NCBI GenBank assembly: GCA_964016885.1 | Contig: OZ024746.1 | Location: 101,866,001 to 101,930,000 of the forward strand | Reading direction: 5' to 3' | Length of the DNA stretch: 64,000 nt | From: Eledone cirrhosa | Taxonomy: Eukaryota | Shown here: positions 11,561-25,600 of the stretch, one piece after another | Position numbering within the stretch: the stretch's first letter is position 1 | Layout: each line of letters starts with the position of its first letter | The notes under the pieces: model-generated | Told to the model about the DNA's origin: nothing | Database searches by the model: none | Seen by the model: only the letters and a program-made list of their open reading frames with translations | Made by a program: the position numbers and the translations under genes

Positions 11561-14500
11561 GTACTGGAGAGGACTGGTCTAACCGCTGATGTACTGGGGA
11601 GGACTGGTCTAACCCCTGCTGTACTGGAGAGGACTGGTCTAACCCATGCTGTACTAGAGAGGACTGGTCTAACCCCTGATGTACTAGAGAGGACTGGGCT
11701 AACCCCTGATGTACTGGGGAGGACTGGTCTAACCGCTGATGTACTGGAGAGGACTGGTCTAACCCCTGATGTACTGGGGAGGACTGGTCTAACTCCTGAT
11801 GTACTGGGAAGGACTGGTCTAACCCCTGATGTACTGGGGAAGACTGGTCTAACCCCTGATGTACTGGGGAGGACTGGTCTAACCCCTGATGTACTGGGGA
11901 AGACTGGTCTAACCCATGCTGTACTGGGGAGGACTGGTCTAAACCCTGATGTACTGGTCTAACCCCTTATGTACTGGAGAGGACTGGTCTAACCCATGCT
12001 GTACTGGGGAGGACTGGTCTAAACCCTGATGTACTGGTCTAACCCCTTATGTACTGGAGAGGACTGGTCTAACCCCTGATGTACTGGGGAGGACTGGTCT
12101 AACCCCTTATGTACTGGAGAGGACTGGTCTAACCCCTTATGTACTGGAGAGGACTGGTCTAACCCATGCTGTACTGGGGAGGACTGGTCTAATCCCTGAT
12201 GTACTGGGGAGGACTGGTCTAACCCCTTATGTACTGGAGAGGACTGGTCTAACCCCTTATGTACTGGAGAGGACTGGTCTAACCCATGCTGTACTGGGGA
12301 GGACTGGTCTAACCCCTGATGTACTGGTCTAACCCCTTATGTACTGGAGAGGATTGGTCTAACCCATGCTGTACTAGAGAGGACTGGTCTAACCCCTGAT
12401 GTACTGGGGAAGACTGGTCTAACCCCTGTTGTACTGGGGAAGACTGGTCTAACCCCCGATGTACTGGGGAGGACTGGTCTAACCCCTGCTGTACTGGAGA
12501 GGACTGGTCTAACCCATGCTGTACTGGGGAGGACTGGTCTAAACCCTGATGTACTGGTCTAACCCCTTATGTACTGGAGAGGACTGGTCTAACCCCTGAT
12601 GTACTGGGGAGGACTGGTCTAACCCCTGATGTACTGGGGAGGACTGGTCTAACCCCTGATGTACTGGGGAAGACTGGTCTAACCCCTGATGTACTGGGGA
12701 GGACTGGTCTAACCCCTGCTGTACTGGAGAGGACTGGTCTAACCCCTGATGTACTGGGGAGGACTGGTCTAACCCCTGATGTACTGGGGAAGACTGGTCT
12801 AACCCCTGATGTACTGGGGAGGACTGGTCTAACCCCTGCTGTACTGGAGAGGACTGGTCTAACCCCTGATGTACTGGGGGGACTGGTCTAACCCCTGATG
12901 TACTGGGGAAGACTGGTCTAACCCCTGATGTACTGGGGAGGACTGGTCTAACCCATGCTGTACTAGAGAGGACTGGTCTAACCCCTGATGTACTGGGGAG
13001 GACTGGTCTAACCCCTGATGTACTGGGGAGGACTGGTCTAACCCATGCTGTACTGGGGAGGACTGTTCTAACCCCTGCTGTACTGGAGAGGACTGGTCTA
13101 ACCCCTGATGTACTGGGGAGGACTGGTCTAACCCCTGATGTACTGGGGAAGACTGGTCTAACCCCTGATGTACTGGGGAGGACTGGTCTAACCCATGCTG
13201 TACTGAGGAGGACTGGTCTAACCCCTTATGTACTGGAGAGGACTGGTCTAACCCCTGCTGTACTGAGGAGGACTGGTCTAACCCCTTATGTACTGGAGAG
13301 GACTGGTCTAACCCCTGCTGTACTGGAGAGGACTGGTCTAACCCCTGATGTACTGGGGAAGACTGGTCTAACCCCTGATGTACTGGGGAGGACTGGTCTA
13401 ACCCATGCTGTACTAGAGAGGACTGGTCTAACCCCTGATGTACTGGAGAGGACTGTTCTAACCCCTGCTGTACTGGAGAGGACTGGTCTAACCCATGCTG
13501 TATTAGAGAGGACTGGTCTAACCCCTGATGTACTGGGGAGGACTGGTCTAACCCCTGATGTACTGGGGAAGACTGGTCTAACCCCTGATGTACTGGAGAG
13601 GACTGGTCTAACCCCTGATGTACTGGGGAGGACTGGTCTAACCCCTGATGTACTGGGGAAGACTGGTCTAACCCCTGATGTACTGGGGAGGACTGGTCTA
13701 ACCCATGCTGTACTAGAGAGGACTGGTCTAACCCCTGATGTACTGGGGAGGACTGGTCTAACCTCTGATGTACTGGGGAGGACTGTTCTAACCCCTGATG
13801 TACTGGAGAGGACTGGTCTAACCCCTGATGTACTGGGGAGGACTGGTCTAACCCATGCTGTACTGGGGAGGACTGGTCTAAACCCTGATGTACTGGTCTA
13901 ACCCCTTATGTACTGGAGAGGACTGGTCTAACCCCTGATGTACTGGGGAGGACTGGTCTAACCCCTTATGTACTGGAGAGGACTGGTCTAACCCATGCTG
14001 TACTGGGGAGGACTGGTCTAACCCCTGATGTACTGGTCTAACCCCTTATGTACTGGAGAGGACTGGTCTAACCCATGCTGTACTAGGGAGGACTGGTCTA
14101 ACCCCTGATGTACTGGGGAGGACTGGTCTAACCCCTGATGTACTGGGGAGGACTGGTCTAACTTCTGATGTACTGGGGAGGACTGTTCTAACCCCTGCTG
14201 TACTGGAGAGGACTGGTCTAACCCCTGATGTACTGGGGAGGACTGGTCTAACTTCTGATGTACTGGGGAGGACTGGTCTAACCCCTGCTGTACTGGAGAG
14301 GACTGGTCTAACCCATGCTGTACTAGAGAGGACTGGTCTAACCCCTGATGTACTGGGGAGGACTGGTCTAACCGCTGATGTACTGGAGAGGACTGGTCTA
14401 ACCCCTGATGTACTAGAGAGGACTGGTCTAACCCCTGATGTACTGGGGAGGACTGGTCTAACCCCTGATGTACTAGAGAGGACTGGTCTAACCCCTGATG

Positions 14501-17500
14501 TACTGGAGAGGACTGGTCTAACCCCTGATGTACTGGGGAGGACTGGTCTAACTCCTGATGTACTGGGAAGGACTGGTCTAACCCCTGATGTACTGGGGAA
14601 GACTGGTCTAACCCCTGATGTACTGGGGAGGACTGGTCTAACCCCTGCTGTACTGGGGAGGACTGGTCTAAACCCTGATGTACTGGTCTAACCCCTTATG
14701 TACTGGAGAGGACTGGTCTAACCCATGCTGTACTGGGGAGGACTGGTCTAAACCCTGATGTACTGGTCTAACCCCTTATGTACTGGAGAGGACTGGTCTA
14801 ACCCCTGATGTACTGGGGAGGACTGGTCTAACCCATGCTGTACTGGGGAGGACTGGTCTAAACCCTGATGTACTGGTCTAACCCCTTATGTACTGGAGAG
14901 GACTGGTCTAACCCCTGATGTACTGGGGAGGACTGGTCTAACCCCTTATGTACTGGAGAGGACTGGTCTAAGCCCTTATGTACTGGAGAGGACTGGTCTA
15001 ACCCATGCTGTACTGGGGAGGACTGGTCTAACCCCTGATGTACTGGTCTAACCCCTTATGTACTGGTGAGGATTGGTCTAACCCATGCTGTACTAGAGAG
15101 GACTGGTCTAACCCCTGATGTACTGGGGAAGACTGGTCTAACCCCTGATGTACTGGGGAGGACTGGTCTAACCCCTGTTGTACTGGGGAAGACTGGTCTA
15201 ACCCCTGATGTACTGGGGAGGACTGGTCTAATCCCTGATGTACTGGGGAGGACTGGTCTAACCCCTGATGTACTGGGGAGGACTGTTCTAACCCCTGCTG
15301 TACTGGAGAGGACTGGTCTAACCCCTGATGTACTGGGGAGGACTGGTCTAACCCCTGATGTACTGGGGAAGACTGGTCTAACCCCTGATGTACTGGGGAG
15401 GACTGGTCTAACCCATGCTGTACTAGAGAGGACTGGTCTAACCCCTGATGTACTGGGGAAGACTGGTCTAACCCCTGATGTACTGGGGAGGACTGGTCTA
15501 ACCCATGCTGTACTAGAGAGGACTGGTCTAACCCCTGATGTACTGGGGAAGACTGGTCTAACCCCTGATGTACTGGGGAGGACTGGTCTAACCCATGCTG
15601 TACTGGGGAGGACTGGTCTAACCCCTGATGTACTGGAGAGGACTGGTCTAACCCATGCTGTACTAGAGAGGACTGGTCTAACCCCTGATGTACTGGGGAA
15701 GACTGGTCTAACCCCTGATGTACTGGGGAGGACTGGTCTAACCCCTGTTGTACTGGGGAGGACTGGTCTAACCCCTGATGTACTAGGGAGGACTGTTCTA
15801 ACCACTGCTGTACTGGAGAGGACTGGTCTAACCCCTGATGTACTGGGGAGGACTGGTCTAACTCCTGATGTACTGGGGAGGACTGGTCTAACCCATGCTG
15901 TACTGGGGAGGACTGGTCTAAACCCTGATGTCCTGGTCTAACCCCTTATGTACTGGAGAGGACTGGTCTAACCCCTGATGTACTGGGGAGGACTGGTCTA
16001 ACCCCTGATGTACTGGAGAGGACTGGTCTAACCCCTGATGTACTGGGGAGGACTGGTCTAACCCCTGATGTAATGAGGAGGACTGGTCTAATCCCTGATG
16101 TACTGGGGAGGACTGGTCTAACCCCTGATGTACTGGGGAGGACTGGTCTAACCCCTGATGTACTGGGGAAGACTGGTCTAACCCCTGATGTACTGGGGAG
16201 GACTTGTCTAACCCATGCTGTACTAGAGAGGACTGGTCTAACCCCTGATGTACTGGGGAAGACTGGTCTAACCCCTGATGTACTGGGGAGGACTGGTCTA
16301 ACCCATGCTGTACTAGAGAGGACTGGTCTAACCCCTGATGTACTGGAGAGGACTGGTCTAACCCCTGATGTACTGGGGAGGACTGGTCTAAACCCTGATG
16401 TACTGGTCTAACCCCTGATGTACTGGGGAGGACTGGTCTAACCCCTTATGTACTGGAGAGGACTGGTCTAACCCCTTATGTACTGGAGAGGACTGGTCTA
16501 ACCCATGCTGTACTGAGGAGGACTGGTCTAACCCCTTATGTACTGGAGAGGACTGGTCTAACCCATGCTGTACTAGAGAGGAATGGTCTAACCCCTGATG
16601 TACTGGGGAAGACTGGTCTAACCCCTGTTGTACTGGGGAGGTCTGGTCTAACCCCTGATGTACTGGGGAAGACTGGTCTAACTCCTGATGTACTGGGGTG
16701 GACTGGTCTAACCCCTGATGTACTGGGGAAGACTGGTCTAACCCATGCTGTACTAGATAGGACTGGTCTAACCCCTGATGTACTAGAGAGGACTGGTCTA
16801 ACCCCTTATGTACTGGAGAGGACTGGTCTAACCCCTGATGTACTAGAGAGGACTGGTCTAACCCCTGATGTACAGGGGAGGACTGGTCTAACCCCTGATG
16901 TACTGGGGGGGACTGGTCTAACCCCTTATGTACTGGACAGAACTGGTCTAACCCCTTATGTACTGGGGAGGACTGGTCTAACCGCTTATGTACTGGGGAG
17001 GACTGGTCTAACCCCTGATGTACTGGGGAAGACTGGTCTAACCCCTGATGTACTGGGGGGGACTGGTCTAACCCCTTATGTACTGGACAGAACTGGTCTA
17101 ACCCCTTATGTACTGGGGAGGACTGGTCTAACCCCTGATGTACTGGGGGGGACTGGTCTAACCCCTTATGTACTGGACAGAACTGGTCTAACCCCTTATG
17201 TACTGGGGAGGACTGGTCTAACCCCTGATGTACTGGGGGGGACTGGTCTAACCCCTTATGTACTGGACAGAACTGGTCTAACCCCTTATGTACTGGGGAG
17301 GACTGGTCTAACCGCTTATGTACTGGGGAGGACTGGTCTAACCCCTGATGTACTGGGGAAGACTGGTCTAACCCCTGATGTACTGGGGGGGACTGGTCTA
17401 ACCCCTTATGTACTGGACAGAACTGGTCTAACCCCTTATGTACTGGGGAGGACTGGTCTAACCCCTGATGTACTGGAGAGGACTGGTCTAACCCCTGATG

Positions 17501-19350
17501 TACTAGAGATGACTGGTCTAACCCCTGATGTACTAGAGAGGACTGCTCTAACCCCTTATGTACTAGAGAGGACTGGTCTAACCCATGCTGTACTAGAGAG
17601 GACTGGTCTACACCTGATGTACTGGAGAGGACTGGTCTAACCCCTGATGTATGGGGAGGACTGGTCTAACCCCTTATGTACTGGAGAGGACTGGTCTAAC
17701 CCCTTATATACTGGAGAGGACTGGTCTAACCCATGCTGTACTGGGGAGGACTGGTCTAACCCCTTATGTACTGGAGAGGACTGGTCTAACCCATGCTGTA
17801 CTAGAGAGGACCGGTCTAACCCTAGATGTACTGGGGAGGACTGGTCTAACCCCTGTTGTAGTGGGGAGGACTGGTCTAACCCCTTATGTACTGGAGAGGA
17901 CTGGTCTAACCCATGCTGTACTGGGGAGGACTGGTCTAACACCTGATGTACTGGGGAAGATTGGTCTAACCCCTGATGTACTGGGGAGGACTGGTCTAAC
18001 CCCTGTTGTACTGGGGAGGACTGGTCTAACCCCTGATGTACTGGGGAGGACTGATCTAACCCCTGCTGTACTGGAGAGGACTGGTCTAACCCCTGATGTA
18101 CTGGGGAAGACTGGTCTAACCCCTGATGTACTGGGGAGGACTGGTCTAACCCATGCTGTACTAGAGAGGACTGGTCTAACTCCTGATGTACTGGGGAGGA
18201 CTGGTCTAACCCCTGATGTACTGGGGAAGACTGGTCTAACCCCTGCTGTACTGGAGAGGGCTGGTCTAACCCATGCTGTACTAGAGAGAACTGGTCTAAC
18301 CCCTGATGTACTAGAGAGGACTGGTCTAACCCCTTATGTACTGGAGAGGACTGGTCTAACCCCTGATGTACTAGAGAGGACTGGTCTAACCCCTGATGTA
18401 CTAGAGAGGACTGGTCTAACCCCTGATGTACTGGGGAGGACTGGTCTAACCCCTTATGTACTGGAGAGGACTGGTCTAACCCCTTATGTACTGGGGAGGA
18501 CTGGTCTAACCCCTTATGTACTGGGGAGGACTGGTCTAACCGCTTATGTACTGGGGAGGACTGGTCTAACCCCTTATGTACTAGAGAGGACTGGTCTAAC
18601 CCATGCTGTACTAGAGAGGACTGGTCTAACACCTGATGTACTGGAGAGGACTGGTCTAACCCCTGATGTACTGGAGAGGACTGGTCTAACCCATGCTGTA
18701 CTAGAGAGGACTGGTCTAACCCATGCTGTACTAGAGAGGACTGGTCTAACCCATGCTGTACTAGAGAGGACTGGTCTAACCCCTGATGTACTAGTGAGGA
18801 CTGGTCTAACCCCTGATGTACTGGTCTAACCCCTGATGTACTGGTCTAACCCCTGATGTACTGGGGAGGACTGGTCTAACCCCTGCTGTACTGGAGAGGA
18901 CTGGTCTAACCCATGCTGTACTAGAGAGGACTGGTCTAACCCCTGATGTACTGGGGAGGACTGGTCTAACCTCTCCTGTACTGGAGAGGACTGGTCTAAC
19001 CCATGCTGTACTAGAGAGGACTGGTCTAACCCCTGATGTACTGGGGAGGACTGGTCTAACCCCTGATGTACTGGGGTGGACTGGTCTAACCCCTGCTGTA
19101 CTGGAGAGGACTGGTCTAACCCATGCTGTACTAGAGAGGACTGGTCTAACCCCTGATGTACTGTGGAAGACTGGTCTAACCCCTGATGTACTGGGGAGGA
19201 CTGGTCTAACCCCTGCTGTACTGGAGAGGACTGGTCTAACCCATGCTGTACTAGAGAGGACTGGTCTAACCCCTGATGTACTGGGGAGGACTGGTCTAAC
19301 CCCTGATGTACTGGGGAGGACTGGTCTAACCCCTGCTGTACTGGAGAGGA
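11561..19350. repeat. 30-bp minisatellite, ~260 copies (TSN intron 3)
   Basis: Unit GTACTGGGGAGGACTGGTCTAACCCCTGAT, with recurring 20-bp deletion variants. Confidence 0.98.
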
Positions 19351-19449
19351 AAAATTGACCCCATATAGAACAGAAAAAATTGTAAGTATTGTATATACAG
19401 TATATTGGATGACTGTTAATGTGGTGGTATATATATTGGATGACTTAAT

Positions 19450-22400
19450 CATCATCACCATTTTACGTCCGTTCTTCCACGTTAGCATGGGTTAGACGGG
19501 TTGACCTGTTGTGGGCAGTGTCCAGTCGACAGACTTTGTCTTGCTCATACGGGAACTGATTCTGGCTTGATTTCTACACTTGGATGCCCTTCCTAACACC
19601 AACCTCATTTACAGTGAGTGCTGGGTGATTTTTTTCCGTGGGGCCTACACGTCCACTTTACAGTGTGGGCTGGGTGCTTTTTTGCCATGGCCCCTCCACA
19701 ACCACTTTGCAGTGAAAGGGGGTGGGGGCATATTGTCTATATGCTTCAGCTTCGGCTTGTACCCGTGGGAAGTCAGGTCTTCTGTATTACTGCATAACGC
19801 CAAAGGTCACGGTCGTGTGTCATCGCCCTTGGGAGGTGTAATTGGGTAAGGTCGGCTTTTATCACCTCATCCCAGGTTTTCTTGGGTCTCCCCTACTCTG
19901 CAGCTTCTATCAACTTCTAGTGCTCTGCACCTTTTTATGCAGCTGTCATCCTTCATACGTATCACATGTCCATACCAACGCAACCTCCTCTCCTGCACAC
20001 ATTTGATTCCTCTTATTTTCAGTCTCTCTATGCAAGTCTTCCACAGACAGCGCCCAGGTCTCACTACCATGTAACATTGCTGTTCGTATACACGTATCAT
20101 ACAGTCTGCCTTTCATTTTGAGGTGAAAGCCTTTTGCAGCTAGCAGTAGCAGAAGCTCCCTGAACTTCTTCCATCCCGTTCTTACCCTAGTTATTGTACT
20201 TTCTGAACACCCGCTGCTAATTCGGTCACCTAGGTAGCAGAAGCTGTCTACTGTTTCTACAGAGCCCTCCCGGAGTTTGGTAGTGCTTGTTTCCTGTGGC
20301 CGTTTGCCGATTGCTGTTCCAGCGCAGCTGCTACATGTGAGGCCTACATTCTTAGTTAAGCTTCCTGAGATCCCACTTCATCTCTTGTGTACCCATTGTT
20401 TGCATTTGGGGCAGAGGATGAGTTCCTACCTACACCTTTCCTACATACTGAGCAAGGCCATTTCCCTGAGGGGATCTGGGTTCTGTTTTCTCGTCTACTT
20501 ACAAGGACCTTAGTCTTTGTCATGTTGACTTTGAGACCCCTTCTTTCTAGTCCCTGCTTCCATGTTTGGAATTTCTTCTCTCGTTGTACCATAGATTCAG
20601 CTATAAGTGAGAGGTCATCTGCATACAGAAGTTGCCATGGGCATCCGGTCTTAAACTCCTCCGTTATTGCCTGCAAAACTATGATGAACAAGAGAGGGCT
20701 AAGAACAGAGCCCTGGTGGACACCGACCTGTATGCTAAATTTCTCGCTATAGTCATTGCTAATCCTAACTTTGCTGACTGCTCCCCTATACATGGCTTGT
20801 ACAGCTTTCACAAGCCATTCCTCTACTCCTAGTTTTCTAAGAGCCCACCAGATTATAGCACGGGGTCTCTGTCAAAGGCTTTCTCCAGATCGACGAATGC
20901 CAAGTAGAGTGGCTTTCTTTTAGCTAAGTATTTTTCTTGTAACTGCCTCACAAGGAAGACGGCATCAGTGGTGCCTTTTCTTGGTACAAACCCAAATTGC
21001 ATCTCATCTAATTTCACCCGGTCCCTAATCAACTGTGCTATAACTCTTTCCGTTACTTTCATGACCTGGTCCATCAGCTTTATACCTCTATAGTTTCCTC
21101 TATCTAGTGCATCACCTTTACCTTTGTAACAGTTGACAATGATGTTGCTGCACTAATCCTTTGGTATGACACCCTTTAGTATTACCTTGTTAACAATGCA
21201 TGTGGTTATGGTGTGACCTACCGACCCAGATGCCTTCAGCATCTCGGCAGCTATACCTGATGGACCAATTGCCTTCACATCTTTGATTACCTGACTTACT
21301 ACGCTGCTGCTGACTTGTACTGCTGGCCCCTCTATAGGGTCGACTTGGGGTAGGGTCTTTTCCTATGCATTCTCCTCATTTAGTAATCTTTCATAATGGC
21401 TCTTCCACGCATCTTTCTTCTCAGCACTTGTGAGGGCAAGCTCACCTTTATCATTCCGGATACACTTCTCTCCAATGACATCACAATTCTCTCTGACACA
21501 CTGCCTTGCAATCTTGAACACCTCCTGTTTCTGGTCCTCCCGTTGCAAAACATACTTGAGTTTTCTATCCTCCGCTTCCCTTCTAGCTAAGTATACGTGT
21601 CGCCTAGCTTCCCTCCTGGTCTCTATGTAACGTACCCTGCTACCCCCGTTCTTCCATTCTTTCCATGCCTATCTATTAGCCTTAACTGCCTCATCTAACT
21701 TATTGTTCCACCACCAAGTCACTCTCCTCCTCCCTGTGGTCTTGCTCCAACCACAGCTCTCGTCCGTCGCCTTTAGTAAGTTTTTTTTAGGAACTCCCAG
21801 TGTTCTACATTGAATGTCTCTATCTGTTCTTCGTTACTGTCATAGGTGTCGAGTAAGATATCTTTAAATCTGTTACTGGCTGAGGGGTCTTTCGGCTTCC
21901 AGATCTTTCTTCTCCAGGTTGCCTTCTGTTTCCAAGTTCATCTAGTTTTGACAGTGAGGTTGCTGACAACTAAGTTATGGTGGGTGGTACATTCATCACT
22001 AGGGAAGGCTTTTGTGTTTACAACGGTCCGTCTATCACGCCCTCTGATAAGGATAAAATCTATCTGACTAGATTAGGAAGTCATTGTCGTTTGTTAGGGC
22101 AGTAGTGTGCATTAGGGACTCGTAAAACCTATCCTTAAGTTCGTCTGGCAACCCCGATTGGGGTGCGTAAGCTGATATTATTGTGGCAATTGTTTTATTC
22201 AGGAGTAGTCTGAGTTTAATGATTCTTGCATTCGCCCTGTTCACTGAGATTACTTTATCTACCCACTTGTCAGCTAATAGTATACCTACACCACCCATCC
22301 CATCGTCATTTCCCACCCAGAAAAATTTGTAGCACTGACTTTTGCCTACGATTTCTCTAGCGGACTCTCCTCTCCATCTAGTCTCTTGCACACAGCATAC

Positions 22401-22606
22401 AGCAATTTCCTTTCGCTCTAACATCTCTACAATTTCTCTTGCCCTTCTTTTCATTGTGCTTACATTGATGGTTCCAACTCGGAGTTTTTGACATTTGCCA
22501 TCACTCGTAGGATGGGGTGAATTTTTGCAGGGGGTGTGTATGCTTCCTGTCTCTGGATTAAAGCTTTGCATGGGTACTTGGTAAGTCGCGGATTCATATT
22601 CATTAA
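19450..22606 (-). mobile_element. Near full-length decayed RTE LINE
   Basis: APE (GTINVSTM, VQETRW, SAYAPQ), RT (DLEKAFD, QGSVLSP, YADD) and a (GAT)n tail. Has internal deletions. TTAAT occurs on both sides. Confidence 0.93.
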
Positions 22607-25600
22607 TTAATATGGAGGTATATATATTGGATGACTTAATATGGAGGTATATATATTGGATGACTTAATATGGAGGTATATATATTGGATGACTTAATAT
22701 GGAGGTATATATATTGGATGACTTAATATGGTTGTATATATATTGGATGACTTAATATGGTTGTATATATATTGGATGACTTAATATGGTTGTATATATA
22801 TTGGATGACTTAATATGGTTGTATATATATTGGATGACTTAATATGGAGGTATATATATTGGATGACTTAATATGGAGGTATATATATTGGATGACTTAA
22901 TATGGAGGTATATATATTGGATGACTTAATATGGTTGTATATATATTGGATGACTTAATATGGTTGTATATATATTGGATGACTTAATATGGTGGTATAT
23001 ATATTGGATGACTTAATATGGTTGTATATATATTGGATGACTTAATATGGAGGTATATATATTGGATGACTTAATATGGAGGTATATATATTGGATGACT
23101 TAATATGGAGGTATATATATTGGATGACTTAATATGGAGGTATATATATTGGATGACTTAATATGGAGGTATATATATTGGATGACTTAATATGGTTGTA
23201 TATATATTGGATGACTTAATATGGTTGTATATATATTGGATGACTTAATATGGTGGTATATATATTGGATGACTTAATATGGAGGTATATATATTGGATG
23301 ACTTAATATGGAGGTATATATATTGGATGACTTAATATGGTGGTATATATATTGGATGACTTAATATGGTTGTATATATATTGGATGACTTAATATGGAG
23401 GTATATATATTGGATGACTTAATATGGAGGTATATATATTGGATGACTTAATATGGTGGTATATATATTGGATGACTTAATATGGTGGTATATATATTGG
23501 ATGACTTAATATGGTTGTATATATATTGGATGACTTAATATGGTTGTATATATATTAGATGACTTAATATGGAGGTATAATATTGGATGACTTAATATGG
23601 TGGTATATATATTGGATGACTTAATATGGTTGTATATATATTGGATGACTTAATATGGTTGTATATATATTGGATGACTTAATATGGAGGTATATATATT
23701 GGATGACTTAATATGGTGGTATATATATTGGATGACTTAATATGGAGGTATATATATTGGATGACTTAATATGGAGGTATATATATTGGATGACTTAATA
23801 TGGAGGTATATATATTGGATGACTTAATATGGTTGTATATATATTGGATGACTTAATATGGAGGTATATATATTGGATGACTTAATATGGTGGTATATAT
23901 ATTGGATGACTTAATATGGAGGTATATATATTGGATGACTTAATATGGAGGTATATATATTGGATGACTTAATATGGAGGTATATATATTGGATGACTTA
24001 ATATGGTTGTATATATATTGGATGACTTAATATGGAGGTATATATATTGGATGACTTAATATGGTGGTATATATATTGGATGACTTAATATGGTGGTATA
24101 TATATTGGATGACTTAATATGGAAGTATATATATTGGATGACTGTTAATGTGGTTGTATATATATATTGGATGACTTAATATGGAGGTATATATATTGGA
24201 TGACTTAATATGGAGGTATATATATTGGATGACTTAATATGGAAGTATATATATTGGATGACTGTTAATGTGGTTGTATATATATATTGGATGACTTAAT
24301 ATGGAGGTATATATATTGGATGACTTAATATGGAGGTATATATATTGGATGACTTAATATGGAGGTATATATATTGGATGACTTAATATGGTGGTATATA
24401 TATTGGATGACTTAATATGGTTGTATATATATTGGATGACTTAATATGGAGGTATATATATTGGATGATTTAATATGGAGGTATATATATTGGATGACTG
24501 TTAATGTGGTTGTATATATATATTGGATGACTTAATATGGAGGTATATATATTGGATGACTTAATATGGAGGTATATATATTGGATGACTTAATATGGAG
24601 GTATATACTGGTGTTAGGAAGGGCATCAAACCAGTGTATCAATGCCAAAACGCTTATCAGCACAGCAACAAATAGGAACAAATATATTGGATGACTTAAT
24701 ATGGTTGTATATATATTGGATGACTTAATATGGAGGTATATATATTGGATGACTTAATATGGAGGTATATATATATTGGATGACTTAATATGGAGGTATA
24801 TATATTGGATGACTTAATATGGAGGTATATATATTGGATGACTTAATATGGAGGTATATATATTGGATGACTTAATATGGTTGTATATATATTGGATGAC
24901 TTAATATGGTTGTATATATATTGGATGACTTAATATGGTGGTATATATATTGGATGACTTAATATGGAGGTATATATATTGGATGACTTAATATGGAGGT
25001 ATATATATTGGATGACTTAATATGGTGGTATATATATTGGATGACTTAATATGGTTGTATATATATTGGATGACTTAATATGGAGGTATATATATTGGAT
25101 GACTTAATATGGAGGTATATATATTGGATGACTTAATATGGTGGTATATATATTGGATGACTTAATATGGTGGTATATATATTGGATGACTTAATATGGT
25201 TGTATATATATTGGATGACTTAATATGGTTGTATATATATTAGATGACTTAATATGGAGGTATAATATTGGATGACTTAATATGGTGGTATATATATTGG
25301 ATGACTTAATATGGTTGTATATATATTGGATGACTTAATATGGTTGTATATATATTGGATGACTTAATATGGGGGTATATATATTGGATGACTTAATATG
25401 GTGGTATATATATTGGATGACTTAATATGGAGGTATATATATTGGATGACTTAATATGGAGGTATATATATTGGATGACTTAATATGGAGGTATATATAT
25501 TGGATGACTTAATATGGTTGTATATATATTGGATGACTTAATATGGAGGTATATATATTGGATGACTTAATATGGTGGTATATATATTGGATGACTTAAT

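Noticed and set aside
11561-19350. Autoregulation of TSN through translin binding to GT- or telomere-like repeats in its own locus
   Set aside because: Such repeats appear common in this type of genome and nothing in the sequence supports locus specificity.
15056-19488. 10-aa repeat ORFs (LERTGLTPDV, QGLDQSSPVH)
   Set aside because: Translations of the 30-bp array, broken wherever 20-bp variants occur, and located inside a TSN intron.
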